A stretch of DNA of 64,000 nucleotides from Gammaproteobacteria bacterium (GCA_022825505.1 JAJDWR010000063.1:161611-225610); one strand, 5' to 3'; shown: positions 47,159 through 58,106, counted from the first letter of the stretch. Numbers and translations are program-made. Notes: a model not told the origin generated them from the sequence alone.

Positions 47159-48012
47159 TACGGCGCAGGCTCTTGTGATTCGGTGTCGGGCTGTTCGCCG
47201 GAATCCGGCTGTTCGACTTCCTGGATCACCACTTGCCCGGGACCTGTCTGCTGTGGCGGCGCTTCGAAATTGAGGTCGAAGACCCGCTGGGCGTCGGCGG
47301 CAAGGTCGGAAAGTCCCAACAGCGAGTAGGCCCGCGCGAGCAGGGTCAGCGAGTCCTCAAGAGCCGGTGCGCCCGGATAGTGCTCGATGGCGTACTTGGC
47401 CCGATTCACCGCGGCCACATAGGCGCCCCGGTTGATGTAATAGCCGGCCACGTGGTTCTCGTACTCCGCCAGGCGATTGCGCAGGAAAACCATGCGCTGG
47501 CGGGCGTCGGGGATGTATTCGCTGTCCGGAAAGCGCCGGATCAGGTCATCGAACGTCGCGAAAGCCAGCAATGTATCCCGCGGCGGGCGCTCCGACATGT
47601 CCACCCGGAACATTCTCTCCAGGAAATTCGGCGCCGCATCGAAATAGATGAGCCCCTTCATGTAAAGGCAGTAGTCCACGCGGGGATGGGTGGGGTTCTC
47701 CTGCTCGAATTCGTTGGCGGCGTCGATGGCGGACTCCGGCTGCTGCGCCCGGTAGTAGACGTAGATCATGTCGAGCTGCGCCTGCCGGGTGACGTTGCTG
47801 AACGGGTACCGGGCCTCCAGTTGCTGGAAGTAGGCCAGCGCCGTGGGGTAGTTGCCGCTGCGCATGGACGCGGAACCGCGGTCGTAGAGTTCCTCCGGGC
47901 CCGCGGAATCGACGACCCGGTCGCGGCGGTTGCCGCAGCCGGATGCCAGCATGGCAACGGCTGCAGCGAGGAGCACGAGTTTTGCTGGTGAGATGCGCAG
48001 GCCAGACTTCAT
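47158..48012 (-). CDS. bamD: outer membrane protein assembly factor BamD
   Basis: Lipoprotein signal MKSGLRISPAKLVLLAAAVAMLASGC. TPR-like body: YFQQLEARYPFSNVTRQAQLDMIYVYYR parallels E. coli [28 protein letters not shown]. It is divergent from rluD as in E. coli. Confidence 0.8.
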   Translation of the reverse strand: MKSGLRISPAKLVLLAAAVAMLASGCGNRRDRVVDSAGPEELYDRGSASMRSGNYPTALAYFQQLEARYPFSNVTRQAQLDMIYVYYRAQQPESAIDAANEFEQENPTHPRVDYCLYMKGLIYFDAAPNFLERMFRVDMSERPPRDTLLAFATFDDLIRRFPDSEYIPDARQRMVFLRNRLAEYENHVAGYYINRGAYVAAVNRAKYAIEHYPGAPALEDSLTLLARAYSLLGLSDLAADAQRVFDLNFEAPPQQTGPGQVVIQEVEQPDSGEQPDTESQEPAP

Positions 48013-48013
48013 A

Positions 48014-49033
48014 ATGAGCGATCATAACAAACTCGGTATCGGCCAGAGGAAGACATTGGAGCCCATTTCCCGTCGTGCGACCGTTTCGTCCGGGCAGGCC
48101 GGACGCCGCCTGGATCAGGCCGCCGCCGAGTTGCTGGAGGAATTCTCCCGCAGCCGGCTCAAGGTCTGGATCGAGAGCGGGTCGCTCACTCTCGAGGGGC
48201 GCCGGGCGGCGCCGAAAACGCGCGTGCGCGAGGGGGAGGAAATCGCCCTTGAGGTGACCCCGGAACCGGCTGTCGCCCTGGAGCCGGAGGCGATTCCGCT
48301 CGATCTCGTCCACGAGGACGATGCCCTGTTCGTTGTCGACAAGCCCCGCGGCCTGGTCGTTCACCCGGGCGCCGGCAATCGTGCCGGGACGATGCTCAAC
48401 GCTCTCCTTCACAAGGACCCGAACCTTGCAGGACTTCCTCGTGCCGGCATCGTTCACCGACTCGACAAGGACACCAGCGGGTTGCTCGCGGTAGCGCGCA
48501 CACCGCATGCCCATCGCACGCTGGTGCGGAAACTGGAGCGACGCGAGATTCGGCGCACCTATGAGGCGGTGTGCCAGGGCGTGCTCACCGGTGGCGGCGA
48601 GATCGACGCCCCCATCGCGCGGCACCCGACCCATCGTCTTCGCATGGCGGTAATGGAGCGGGGGCGCCCGGCCCGGACGCGGTACCGGGTCATGGAGCGT
48701 TACCGGGCGCATACCCGGGTGCAGATCGAGCTGGATACCGGCCGCACTCACCAGATTCGGGTCCATTTCGCCCACATCCGCGCACCGCTGGTGGGGGACC
48801 CGCTCTATGGCGGCCGCCCGCGGTTGCCGAAGGCGCCCCGGCCGGCATTGCTGCGCGTGCTGCAGCCGTTTCCCCGCCAGGCGCTGCATGCCCGGCGGCT
48901 GGAATTCAGCCATCCGGAGAACGGCGACGATCTGGCGTTCGAGAGTCCGCTGCCTGCGGATCTGCGCGGTCTGATCGAGGCACTGCGCCGGGATGCCGCG
49001 GGCGCGGGTTCGCAGGGAGCCGCGGGCGGATGA
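48014..49033 (+). CDS. rluD: 23S rRNA pseudouridine(1911/1915/1917) synthase RluD
   Basis: S4 domain (GRRLDQAAAELLEEFSRSRLKVWIESG). Catalytic motif HRLDKDTSGLL. RTHQIRVH. ATG at 48014; an in-frame TTG at 48056 aligns better with the E. coli N-terminus. Confidence 0.85.
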   Translation: MSDHNKLGIGQRKTLEPISRRATVSSGQAGRRLDQAAAELLEEFSRSRLKVWIESGSLTLEGRRAAPKTRVREGEEIALEVTPEPAVALEPEAIPLDLVHEDDALFVVDKPRGLVVHPGAGNRAGTMLNALLHKDPNLAGLPRAGIVHRLDKDTSGLLAVARTPHAHRTLVRKLERREIRRTYEAVCQGVLTGGGEIDAPIARHPTHRLRMAVMERGRPARTRYRVMERYRAHTRVQIELDTGRTHQIRVHFAHIRAPLVGDPLYGGRPRLPKAPRPALLRVLQPFPRQALHARRLEFSHPENGDDLAFESPLPADLRGLIEALRRDAAGAGSQGAAGG

Positions 49034-49836
49034 AATTTCCCAAACGCAACGGTGTGATTCTGCCCGATTGGCCGGCGCCTGCTCCCGTCCGCGCCGCCAG
49101 TACGCTGCGGGCAGGCGGTGTCAGCCGGGGTTCGTACGCGAGCCTCAACCTGAGCGCGGGGGTGGGCGACGATGAAGCCAACGTGGCCCGCAACCGCCGG
49201 ATATTCGCAGAAATGCTCGATTTGCCCACGGAACCCATGTGGCTCAGGCAGGTTCACGGGATCAGGGTGCTCGACCTGGATCGGGCTGATGCGCCGTCCG
49301 CGACACCGCACTCCGGCCAGCCCTCTCCCGGGTCATCGTCTCTCAGCCAGCCCCCTGCCGCCGACGGTTCGGTCACCTCGCGGCCCGGCCGGCCATGCGT
49401 GGTCCTCACCGCCGACTGCCTGCCGGTGCTCTTGTGCGACACCCTGGGTACGCGCGTCGGTGCGGTCCACGCCGGATGGCGGGGATTGGCGGGCGGTGTG
49501 CTTGAATCGGCCGTCCGATGCATGGGTGTCGACCCCGTGCAGTTATTGGCGTGGATCGGGCCCGGCATCGGCCAGGGGGCCTATGAAGTCGGTGGCGAGG
49601 TGCTCGAGCGGTTCGCGGCAATCGACCGGGATGCGGCCCGGTGCTTCGCGGCCAATTCCAAAGGCCGCTGGCAGGCGGACCTCGACGGGCTTGCCCGTCG
49701 ACGCCTGCAAGCCGCCGGCGTGAGAGCTGTCCATGGCGCGGGTTGGTGCACGCACACCGATTCGGAACGTTTCTTTTCGCATCGCCGTAAGGCACCCTGT
49801 GGGCGAATGGCGACGGTCATCTGGCTCGAATCGTGA
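49030..49836 (+). CDS. pgeF: peptidoglycan editing factor PgeF (YfiH, laccase-domain/DUF152 protein)
   Basis: ATG at 49030 (ATGA overlap with the rluD stop). LRQVHG, VLTADCLPVL, HAGWRG and CTHTDSERFFSHRR match the YfiH family. Order rluD-yfiH is as in E. coli. Confidence 0.8.
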   Translation: MKFPKRNGVILPDWPAPAPVRAASTLRAGGVSRGSYASLNLSAGVGDDEANVARNRRIFAEMLDLPTEPMWLRQVHGIRVLDLDRADAPSATPHSGQPSPGSSSLSQPPAADGSVTSRPGRPCVVLTADCLPVLLCDTLGTRVGAVHAGWRGLAGGVLESAVRCMGVDPVQLLAWIGPGIGQGAYEVGGEVLERFAAIDRDAARCFAANSKGRWQADLDGLARRRLQAAGVRAVHGAGWCTHTDSERFFSHRRKAPCGRMATVIWLES

Positions 49837-49852
49837 AACTGAGGGAGTAGTC

Positions 49853-50917
49853 GTGCAAACGAGATACAACGTACTTGTCCTGGGCGCGTCCTACGGCTCG
49901 CTGTTTGCAACGAAGTCGATATTGGCGGGACACGATGTCACGCTGGTATGCACGCAGGCGGAAGTCGATATCATCAACCGCGAAGGTACGGTAGTGATCC
50001 TGCCCGTCAGGGGCCGGGAACAGCCGGTGAGGGTTTCCTCGAACCAGGCGCCCGGCAAGTTGTCGGCCACGACGCCGGATGCGGTAGACCCGGCGGCATT
50101 CGACCTGGTCGTGCTTGCCATGCAGGAGCCTCAGTACGGGTCGGCGGGCATTCGCGAACTCATGCCCCTGGTGGGCAAATCGGGCATCCCCTGTCTGGCG
50201 ATCATGAACATGCCGCCGCTGCCGTACCTGCAGCGCATCCCGGGGCTCGCTGTGGATGAGCTCAGGCCATGCTACGCGAGCCCTGCAGCGTGGGAAGACT
50301 TCGACCCACGCCTGGTGACGACTGCGAGCCCTGATCCTCAGGCATTCCGACCCTCCCTGGATGAACTCAACTTGCTCAAGGTCGGACTGCCCACGAATTT
50401 CAAGGCCGCCCGGTTCGAGGAGGACGAAGCGACGAACATTCTGCGCAACCTGCAGGCCGATATCGAAGGAATCCGGTTCGACACCGACGACGGCGCCACG
50501 CCGCTACCGGTCAAGTTGAAAGTGCACGACTCGATCTTCGTGCCTCTGACCAAGTGGCAGATGTTGCTGGCCGGAAACTACCGTTGCATCGGGCGGGACG
50601 GCATGATTTCGATCAAGGATGCCGTGCACGGAGATTTCGGTGCCTCGCGCGAAATCTACGAATGGATGCGAAACCTCTGCATCCGGATGGGAGCTGCCGG
50701 CAATGACCTTGTACCCTTCGACAAGTACGCGACGGCGGCCACGTATCTCGTCAATCCTTCGTCCGCCGCGCGGGCGGTATTCGCAGGCGTCCCCAATATC
50801 GAGCGCGTTGACCTTCTGGTTCAGCAGATTGCCGGTCAGCTTGGAATCGACAGCGCGCCCATCGATTCGATCGTTGCGACCGTCGACGAGCGGCTGGCGA
50901 TAAATCGGGCGGCCTGA
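49853..50917 (+). CDS. NAD(P)-binding oxidoreductase, ketopantoate-reductase (ApbA/PanE)-like fold
   Basis: GTG at 49853 has GAGGGAG upstream. The N-terminal Rossmann beta-alpha-beta is YNVLVLGASYGSLFATKSILAGHDVTLV. Length and the helical C-terminal half are consistent with the ApbA/PanE superfamily. The assignment is tentative. Confidence 0.45.
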   Translation: MQTRYNVLVLGASYGSLFATKSILAGHDVTLVCTQAEVDIINREGTVVILPVRGREQPVRVSSNQAPGKLSATTPDAVDPAAFDLVVLAMQEPQYGSAGIRELMPLVGKSGIPCLAIMNMPPLPYLQRIPGLAVDELRPCYASPAAWEDFDPRLVTTASPDPQAFRPSLDELNLLKVGLPTNFKAARFEEDEATNILRNLQADIEGIRFDTDDGATPLPVKLKVHDSIFVPLTKWQMLLAGNYRCIGRDGMISIKDAVHGDFGASREIYEWMRNLCIRMGAAGNDLVPFDKYATAATYLVNPSSAARAVFAGVPNIERVDLLVQQIAGQLGIDSAPIDSIVATVDERLAINRAA

Positions 50918-52027
<1,110 letters not shown>

Positions 52028-52366
52028 CTAGCTGTCGAAGTCGCCAAGCGCTTCTTCGCGCGAGGCGTGGACCGAAATGATCTGATCGAATCCGCTGATC
52101 TGAAAAATTTGCGCGATCATGCCGGATAACGAGCAAATTGCGAATTTCCCCTTCCTTCGCTGGAGCAGTTTGGCGATTGACAGAAACGCGCGCAGACCCG
52201 CGCTGCTGGTGTAGGAAAGGGTCTCGCAATCGATCAGCAACGGTCCCGTGCCCTCCCCAAGCGCATCGTGCACGGCGCTCTGGAACTCCATCGCGTTCGT
52301 GCCATCGATACGCCCTTCGACGGCAACCACCAGCGTGCCGTTATGGGGTTCGACGTTGATCTGCAT
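52028..52366 (-). CDS. STAS-domain protein (anti-sigma-factor-antagonist-like)
   Basis: The 112-aa product shows LVVAVEGRIDGTNAMEFQSAV...LLIDCETLSYTSSAGLRAFLSIAK...ICSLSGMIAQIFQISGFDQII. This is the SpoIIAA/STAS pattern, including the conserved Ser in TSSAGL. Confidence 0.7.
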   Translation of the reverse strand: MQINVEPHNGTLVVAVEGRIDGTNAMEFQSAVHDALGEGTGPLLIDCETLSYTSSAGLRAFLSIAKLLQRRKGKFAICSLSGMIAQIFQISGFDQIISVHASREEALGDFDS

Positions 52367-52465
52367 CGCCGATTCTTCTTCGCATCACAGGTGGTCGAAG
52401 TATATCAAAGGGGTCGCCCGCGAACGCACCTATCGGACTCCGGGACCGCAGTCATTCCGGAGATC

Positions 52466-53464
52466 CTATCGGCGTCTGGCCGACCGTCTCCTCTGCCGAA
52501 CCGTGGCGAAGCGTCGCGGCGGCGCCATGGACGGGTGGAGGCTGTCCGCTTCGGTGAATGCCGCCAGGTGGATCAGCTCGGAATCCACCATGAGACCGCC
52601 CGCGACGATATCCGCTGCCTCGACTCTTATGTCTTGCCCGAGGCCGACCGCGCCGTGCTCGTCCAGACTGCCTTCGCAAAGATTCCCGATGAAATGGTCC
52701 ACGGCATTCCTGCCCGGCGCCGCATCGGTGCCTGACCCATGTTCCAGCGCGTCGATTCCGTAGCTGCGCACCAGCTTCGGAAGCAGCGCGGTGAAAGTGG
52801 TTGCCTTGTCGAAGACGTCCATTCCACAGATCGCGCCCGCAACGCAAAAGACGCCGCCAATCTGGCCGGGCCCGGCCTGCAGCCGATTCACGAATTCATC
52901 CAGGGTGCGGGCGTGTTTTTCGAAGATGGAACCCATCGCACCCGTAGGCGAGCGGGCCTGCATGGATTCGGCCTTGTCGTCGATGGAGGCCCATACGGCC
53001 CCCTGGTCCGAGTATCTGGATCCGGTCGATTGCATGGATGCCTGCACGCTGGCGAGTTTCTCGCGTCGGCCGCGTGCGAAATGGACCCGCTCGGACAGCG
53101 CAAACTCGTCGCTCCGGTAGGACCAGCGTCCGGCTTCCACGCAGGAGACCGGAATGGTGGTGCGCTTTGCGGCCGGGACGAGCAGCGTGAGGTTCGCCAC
53201 CCGGTTCTGTTTGGCGCCGAGCAGTTCTTCGCCGTCCACGATCAGGACGGGCCGGTCGGCGCGGTTCTCGACTTCCAGGTCGGGGACGCTTCCCCCATAT
53301 GAAGATTCCCGAACGGACACGAGCCCGGCGTCCAGGGCCTCGCTGAGCAAGAGGTAATTGACCGAGCCGCCTGCCGACGATTTCAGGGGGAAGATCGACA
53401 ACCCCTTGTATGATTGAGGAGAACCAGGTTCGAGTTGAGAAAGTGCTGATTTGACTGGATGCAT
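52466..53464 (-). CDS. DUF6569 (ARPP-1-like) family protein, function unknown
   Basis: LSIFPL...NYLLLSEALDAGLVSVRE...VPDLEVENRADRPVLIVDGEELLGAKQNRVANLTLLVPA...IPVSCVEAGRW matches my recollection of the DUF6569/ARPP-1 family signature. No catalytic motif recognised. Confidence 0.5.
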   Translation of the reverse strand: MHPVKSALSQLEPGSPQSYKGLSIFPLKSSAGGSVNYLLLSEALDAGLVSVRESSYGGSVPDLEVENRADRPVLIVDGEELLGAKQNRVANLTLLVPAAKRTTIPVSCVEAGRWSYRSDEFALSERVHFARGRREKLASVQASMQSTGSRYSDQGAVWASIDDKAESMQARSPTGAMGSIFEKHARTLDEFVNRLQAGPGQIGGVFCVAGAICGMDVFDKATTFTALLPKLVRSYGIDALEHGSGTDAAPGRNAVDHFIGNLCEGSLDEHGAVGLGQDIRVEAADIVAGGLMVDSELIHLAAFTEADSLHPSMAPPRRFATVRQRRRSARRR

Positions 53465-53583
53465 TGGCGGCCTCCGGTTATATTGTCAGTAATTGCTAGT
53501 TAACGACAGTTTACGGGTCGGGAGCGCCAAGTCAACAGTAAATGACATGTTTTTATCACTAAACGACATAACCGCCGGTTTCA
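53465..53583. promoter_or_regulatory. AT-rich divergent control region with direct and inverted repeats (candidate operator/promoters)
   Basis: This 119-bp spacer is much more AT-rich than its surroundings. AACGACA occurs twice, 60 bp apart (53502, 53562). ACAGTWW occurs three times (53484, 53505, 53534). A flanking imperfect inverted repeat pairs CCGGTTAT (53474) with ATAACCGCCGG (53568). Confidence 0.35.
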
Positions 53584-54234
53584 ATGCGTAGCTTTACCGC
53601 CGAAGAGCTGGAACGGGAGACGGGCTTCGACCGGAGAACCATTGCCTACTACGTGCAGGAAGGGCTGATCCCGAGAGTGGGCCGCCGCGGTCCGCGCACG
53701 CGTTATCCCGGGCTGGTCATGGACCGGCTGCTCTTCATCAGGCGCGTGCGCGAGGCGGAGGAAGCCGGAGAGATCGGCCCGGTGTCACTGAGCCAGTTGA
53801 GGGACCTGTTCGAAGATGTTTCGTCAGGACTGATCGAACGGGTGGCGGAGGGGAGTTATCCGGTCCGAGCGGCAGTGGGCGATATTGGCGAGCCGCGCTA
53901 CCGGCGCATGGCTTCCAGGCGTGGTGCCATGGACCGCGCCTGGGCCGCAATGGAGAGCAGTTCAGCTCCCGAGTTTGTGCGATCAGGTCCTGAACGGGAT
54001 GCGCCCGCATCGGATCAGGCCGGGTGGCACGAGGACAGACTGGGGGAAACGCTCTCGGAACTTCAGGCCCTGGCGCGCCGCGGGCAAGATCGTGAATCCG
54101 GCGCCGTGGACGTGTGGTCGCGCGTGGAGATCTCGCCTGAAATTTCCTTGTCGGTGCGTGGAATCGCACAGGAGGATGCGCCTCTGCTCGAATCGGTCGC
54201 GAGAGAATTGCGCCGACTTGTCGATGAGGGTTAA
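53584..54234 (+). CDS. MerR-like helix-turn-helix protein with acidic, low-complexity C-terminal region
   Basis: FTAEELERETGFDRRTIAYYVQEGLIPRVGRRGPRTRYPGLVMDRLLFIRRVRE fits the MerR-type winged HTH pattern (TIRyY...GLl.p..r...g.R.Y....l..L.fI). No recognisable effector-binding domain follows. Confidence 0.65.
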   Translation: MRSFTAEELERETGFDRRTIAYYVQEGLIPRVGRRGPRTRYPGLVMDRLLFIRRVREAEEAGEIGPVSLSQLRDLFEDVSSGLIERVAEGSYPVRAAVGDIGEPRYRRMASRRGAMDRAWAAMESSSAPEFVRSGPERDAPASDQAGWHEDRLGETLSELQALARRGQDRESGAVDVWSRVEISPEISLSVRGIAQEDAPLLESVARELRRLVDEG

Positions 54235-54275
54235 TTGCGGTCCGCGAAGGAATCGCGTCGCCTCGACCGCCACCG

Positions 54276-54304
54276 ATTGATATTTCCCGCCCCCACCCCC
54301 ATCT
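54276..54304 (+). promoter_or_regulatory. candidate sigma32 (heat-shock) promoter of clpB
   Basis: ATTGATA (54276-54282), 14 nt, then CCCCATCT (54297-54304). This compares with the sigma32 consensus CTTGAAA-N13-17-CCCCATNT. It lies about 37 nt upstream of the clpB start. Confidence 0.45.
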
Positions 54305-54340
54305 ACTGAATTGACGATCCTGGTAGCGGAGCAGATTCCC

Positions 54341-56935
54341 GTGCGAATGGACAAACTGACAAGCAGGCTGCAACTGGCGCTCGCGGACGCGCAGTCCATG
54401 GCGGTCGGGCGGGACAACCAGTTTATCGCGCCGGTGCACCTGATGGCGGCGCTGCTGGAGCAGGACCGCGGCAGCATCGGCGGTCTTTTGACCAAGGCCG
54501 GGGTCAACATGAATCAGCTTCGCGTCGGTCTGGGCGATGCGCTGGACAGGCTGCCCAAAGTCCAGGGCGATGCCGAGGGCGACGTGCACTTCTCCAACGA
54601 GCTCACAAAGCTCCTGAACATCGCCGACAAGCTGGCCCAGCAGCGGGGCGACGCCTATATCTCAAGCGAACTTTTCGTGTTGGCGGCGTGCCGGGACCGC
54701 GGCGACCTGGGCCGTGCGCTTCAGGATGCCGGCGCCGTCGCCGGCGCCGTCGGGAAGGCCATCGACGAGGTGCGCGGCGGCGCCAGCGTGGATAACCCCG
54801 ACGCAGAGGAATCCCGGCAGGCTCTGGAGAAATACGCGGTGGATCTCACCGAGCAGGCGGAGCAGGGCAAGCTGGACCCGGTAATCGGCCGCGACGACGA
54901 GATCCGGCGCACGGTCCAGGTGCTGCAGCGGCGGACCAAGAACAACCCCGTGCTCATCGGGGAGCCGGGCGTGGGCAAGACGGCCATCGTCGAAGGGTTG
55001 GCTCAGCGCATCGCCAATGGAGAAGTGCCGGAGGGGATCAAGTCGAAACGGATCCTCGCGCTGGACCTGGGCGCACTGATTGCAGGCGCCAAGTTCCGCG
55101 GCGAATTCGAGGAGCGCCTGAAGGCGGTGCTCAATGAACTGGCCAGGCAGCAGGGCCAGATCATTCTCTTTATCGACGAACTGCACAACGTGGTCGGCGC
55201 GGGCAAGGCCGAGGGCTCCATGGACGCCGGCAACATGCTCAAGCCGGCTCTGGCCCGCGGGCAACTGCACTGCGTCGGCGCCACCACGCTGGACGAGTAC
55301 CGCAAGCACATGGAGAAGGATGCGGCGCTGGAGCGGCGCTTCCAGAAGGTGCGCGTGAACGAGCCCACGGTCGAGGACACCATCGCGATCCTGCGCGGCC
55401 TCAAGGAACGCTACGAGGTGCATCACGGTGTGGAGATCACCGATCCCGCCATCGTCGCCGCAGCCACGCTGTCGCATCGCTACATCTCCGACCGCCAGTT
55501 GCCGGACAAGGCCATCGACCTGGTGGACGAGGCGGGTTCGCGCATCCGCATGGAAATCGATTCCAAGCCCGAGGAGCTTGACCGCCTCGAGCGCCGGCTC
55601 ATTCAGTTGAAGATCCAGCGCGAGGCGTTGAAGAAGGATTCCGACGAGGCGTCCAGGCGCCGGCTTGAGACGCTGGAATCGTCCATTGCGGACCTGGAGC
55701 GCAAGTACTCCGACCTCGACGAGGTCTGGAGCGCGGAAAAGGCGGTCATGCAGGGCGCCACGCATCTCAAGGAAGAGCTTGAGCATGCCAGGACCGAGCT
55801 TGAGAAGGCGCATCGGGCCGGCGACCTGGCGCGGATGTCGGAACTGCAGTACGGACGCATCCCGGAACTGACGCGCGAACTGGAGCAGGCGCTCTCCCGG
55901 GAGCAGGAAAAGCCGACGCTGGTTCGTAACCGGGTGACCGAGGAGGAGGTGGCCGAGGTCGTTTCCAAGTGGACCGGGATCCCGGTGACCAAGATGCTCG
56001 AGGGCGAGCGGGAGAAGCTCATCCGGATGGAGAGTTTCCTGGAGGCGCGCGTGGTTGGCCAGGGGGAGGCGCTCCGGGCGGTGTCCAACGCCATCCGCCG
56101 GTCCCGCGCGGGGCTTGCCGATCCCGACCGGCCCAACGGTTCGTTTCTGTTCCTGGGGCCGACGGGTGTCGGCAAGACCGAGCTGACCAAGGCGCTGGCG
56201 GAATTCCTGTTCGATACCGAAGACGCGATGACGCGCATCGACATGTCGGAATTCATGGAGAAGCACTCCGTGGCGCGGCTCATCGGTGCGCCGCCGGGGT
56301 ACGTTGGCTATGAGGAGGGCGGCTACCTCACCGAGGCGGTACGGCGGCGGCCCTATTCCGTGGTCCTCCTGGACGAGGTGGAAAAAGCCCATCCGGAAGT
56401 CTTCAATATCCTCCTGCAGGTGCTGGACGACGGCCGCCTCACCGACGGTCACGGCCGCACGGTGGACTTCCGCAACACGGTTGTGGTGATGACCTCGAAC
56501 CTGGGCAGCCAGCGGATCCAGGAACTGGCGGGCGAGGAGAACTACGACGAGATGAAGGCCGCGGTGATGGACATCGTCGGCCAGCAGTTCCGGCCGGAAT
56601 TCGTCAACCGGATCGACGATGTGGTGGTCTTCCACCCGCTGGAGGAGTCCCACCTGCGGCTGATCGTGGACATCCAGTTGAAGTACCTGCAACAGCGTCT
56701 GGCCGAGCGCGACATGTCACTCGAACTGGACGATGCGGCCCGCGACCTGCTGGCCGAGGCGGGCTACGATCCGGTCTACGGCGCACGGCCGCTCAAGCGC
56801 GCGCTCCAGCAGCAGGTGGAAAACCCGCTGGCACAGCGCATACTCCACGGCGATTTCGCGCCCGGTGACGTCATTCGGGCCACCGCCGCCGGCGGCGAAC
56901 TGGATTTCGTGAAGGATACGGCCGCCGCAGCCTGA
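54341..56935 (+). CDS. clpB: AAA+ disaggregase ClpB
   Basis: GTG at 54341 gives (M)[23 protein letters not shown], like E. coli [24 protein letters not shown]. Two Walker A loops ([30 protein letters not shown]). A long middle coiled-coil domain is present. Confidence 0.95.
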   Translation: MRMDKLTSRLQLALADAQSMAVGRDNQFIAPVHLMAALLEQDRGSIGGLLTKAGVNMNQLRVGLGDALDRLPKVQGDAEGDVHFSNELTKLLNIADKLAQQRGDAYISSELFVLAACRDRGDLGRALQDAGAVAGAVGKAIDEVRGGASVDNPDAEESRQALEKYAVDLTEQAEQGKLDPVIGRDDEIRRTVQVLQRRTKNNPVLIGEPGVGKTAIVEGLAQRIANGEVPEGIKSKRILALDLGALIAGAKFRGEFEERLKAVLNELARQQGQIILFIDELHNVVGAGKAEGSMDAGNMLKPALARGQLHCVGATTLDEYRKHMEKDAALERRFQKVRVNEPTVEDTIAILRGLKERYEVHHGVEITDPAIVAAATLSHRYISDRQLPDKAIDLVDEAGSRIRMEIDSKPEELDRLERRLIQLKIQREALKKDSDEASRRRLETLESSIADLERKYSDLDEVWSAEKAVMQGATHLKEELEHARTELEKAHRAGDLARMSELQYGRIPELTRELEQALSREQEKPTLVRNRVTEEEVAEVVSKWTGIPVTKMLEGEREKLIRMESFLEARVVGQGEALRAVSNAIRRSRAGLADPDRPNGSFLFLGPTGVGKTELTKALAEFLFDTEDAMTRIDMSEFMEKHSVARLIGAPPGYVGYEEGGYLTEAVRRRPYSVVLLDEVEKAHPEVFNILLQVLDDGRLTDGHGRTVDFRNTVVVMTSNLGSQRIQELAGEENYDEMKAAVMDIVGQQFRPEFVNRIDDVVVFHPLEESHLRLIVDIQLKYLQQRLAERDMSLELDDAARDLLAEAGYDPVYGARPLKRALQQQVENPLAQRILHGDFAPGDVIRATAAGGELDFVKDTAAAA

Positions 56936-57029
56936 GGCATCCTGTCATGCGGTTGCGCCGATTGGTCATGAAGTGTCAGTCTATGCGGGTTTTGCCGGTG
57001 AAGAACACGGCGTAACAGGAGTCGGGAAC

Positions 57030-57446
57030 ATGCCGATATACGAGTATCGTTGCGATGCGTGCGGGCATTACCTGGATGCCCTGCAGAAAATCGCCGACGC
57101 GCCGCTCAGGGACTGCCCTGCCTGCGGGGCGTCCGCGCTGCGGCGGCTGGTTTCCGCGCCGAACTTCAGGCTCAAGGGCAGCGGCTGGTACGAGACGGAC
57201 TTCAAGTCCGACAAGGAAAGGAAGCGCAACCTGGTCGAGCATCCGGACGAGGCGGCTGCCGGCAAGGACAAGGGTGAGCCGAAGAAAGGCGAGGGAGATT
57301 CGAAGAAATCCGCAGGCGATTCAGGGAAGGGTGAGGGTTCCGGGAAGTCGGAAGGTTCATCGGCGGAGAAGTCGTCGCGTAGGTCCGGCACCGGCGCCGG
57401 CTCGAGTTCGCGCTCGGTTCGCGGCTCCGACAGCGCCGCTGCATGA
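57030..57446 (+). CDS. FmdB-family zinc-ribbon protein
   Basis: MPIYEYRCDACGHYLDALQKIADAPLRDCPACGA (CxxC...CxxC) with AGGAG upstream. Followed by a Lys/Glu/Gly/Ser-rich tail. Confidence 0.7.
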   Translation: MPIYEYRCDACGHYLDALQKIADAPLRDCPACGASALRRLVSAPNFRLKGSGWYETDFKSDKERKRNLVEHPDEAAAGKDKGEPKKGEGDSKKSAGDSGKGEGSGKSEGSSAEKSSRRSGTGAGSSSRSVRGSDSAAA

Positions 57447-57479
57447 CCGGAACGTGAGTCCAATCCGGGGAGAGTCGAC

Positions 57480-58106
57480 TTGTTCGTTCGCCGTATTCGC
57501 CGCTACATAGTCGCCGGGCTGCTGGTCTGGGTGCCGATCGGCGCGACGATCGTGGTCGTGGCGTTCCTCATCGACCTCATGGATCGGCTCCTGTTCCTGA
57601 TCCCTCAGCCGTATCGCCCCGAAGCGCTGCTCGGTTTCCGGATCCCGGGTCTCGGAGCGGTCCTGGCGCTGGTGGTGGTCATTTTGACCGGGATGCTGGT
57701 GGCGAACCTGATCGGCCGCCGCATGGTTAACTCCTACGAAGCTCTGGTGGCGCGCATTCCGCTGGTGCGCACTGTCTACGGCGCCGTCAAGCGGTTTACC
57801 GAGCTGGTACTGAGCGATTCGAGCGAATCGTTCAAGAAGGTGCTGCTCATCCAATACCCTCGCAAGGGCGTCTACAGCCTGTGTTTCCAGACCTCGGAGC
57901 ATCCGCCGGAGCCGGAGTCCCGGGTCGGCAGGGAAATGACCACGGTATTTCTGCCAACGACGCCGAATCCCACTTCGGGGTTCATGCTGGTCGTGCCGGC
58001 CGAAGACGTGCAGGAACTGGACATGTCGGTGGAGGAGGCATTGAAGATGATCATTTCCCTGGGCGTGGTGGTGCCGGAGTGGCATCCTGTCCACCCCGGG
58101 CAATAA
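57480..58106 (+). CDS. DUF502-domain membrane protein
   Basis: Two N-terminal transmembrane helices, then IPLVRTVYGAVKRFTELVL...YPRKGVYSLCFQT...TTPNPTSGFMLVVP, as I recall for DUF502. TTG start. Confidence 0.6.
   Translation: MFVRRIRRYIVAGLLVWVPIGATIVVVAFLIDLMDRLLFLIPQPYRPEALLGFRIPGLGAVLALVVVILTGMLVANLIGRRMVNSYEALVARIPLVRTVYGAVKRFTELVLSDSSESFKKVLLIQYPRKGVYSLCFQTSEHPPEPESRVGREMTTVFLPTTPNPTSGFMLVVPAEDVQELDMSVEEALKMIISLGVVVPEWHPVHPGQ

Noticed and set aside
53584-54340. MerR-like protein as an HspR-type repressor of the adjacent clpB
   Set aside because: No HAIR-like inverted repeat (CTTGAGT-N7-ACTCAAG) is present upstream of clpB. A sigma32-type promoter is present instead, and the repeat-bearing AT-rich DNA lies on the other side of the gene, facing the DUF6569 gene. 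The idea is kept only as a remote alternative.
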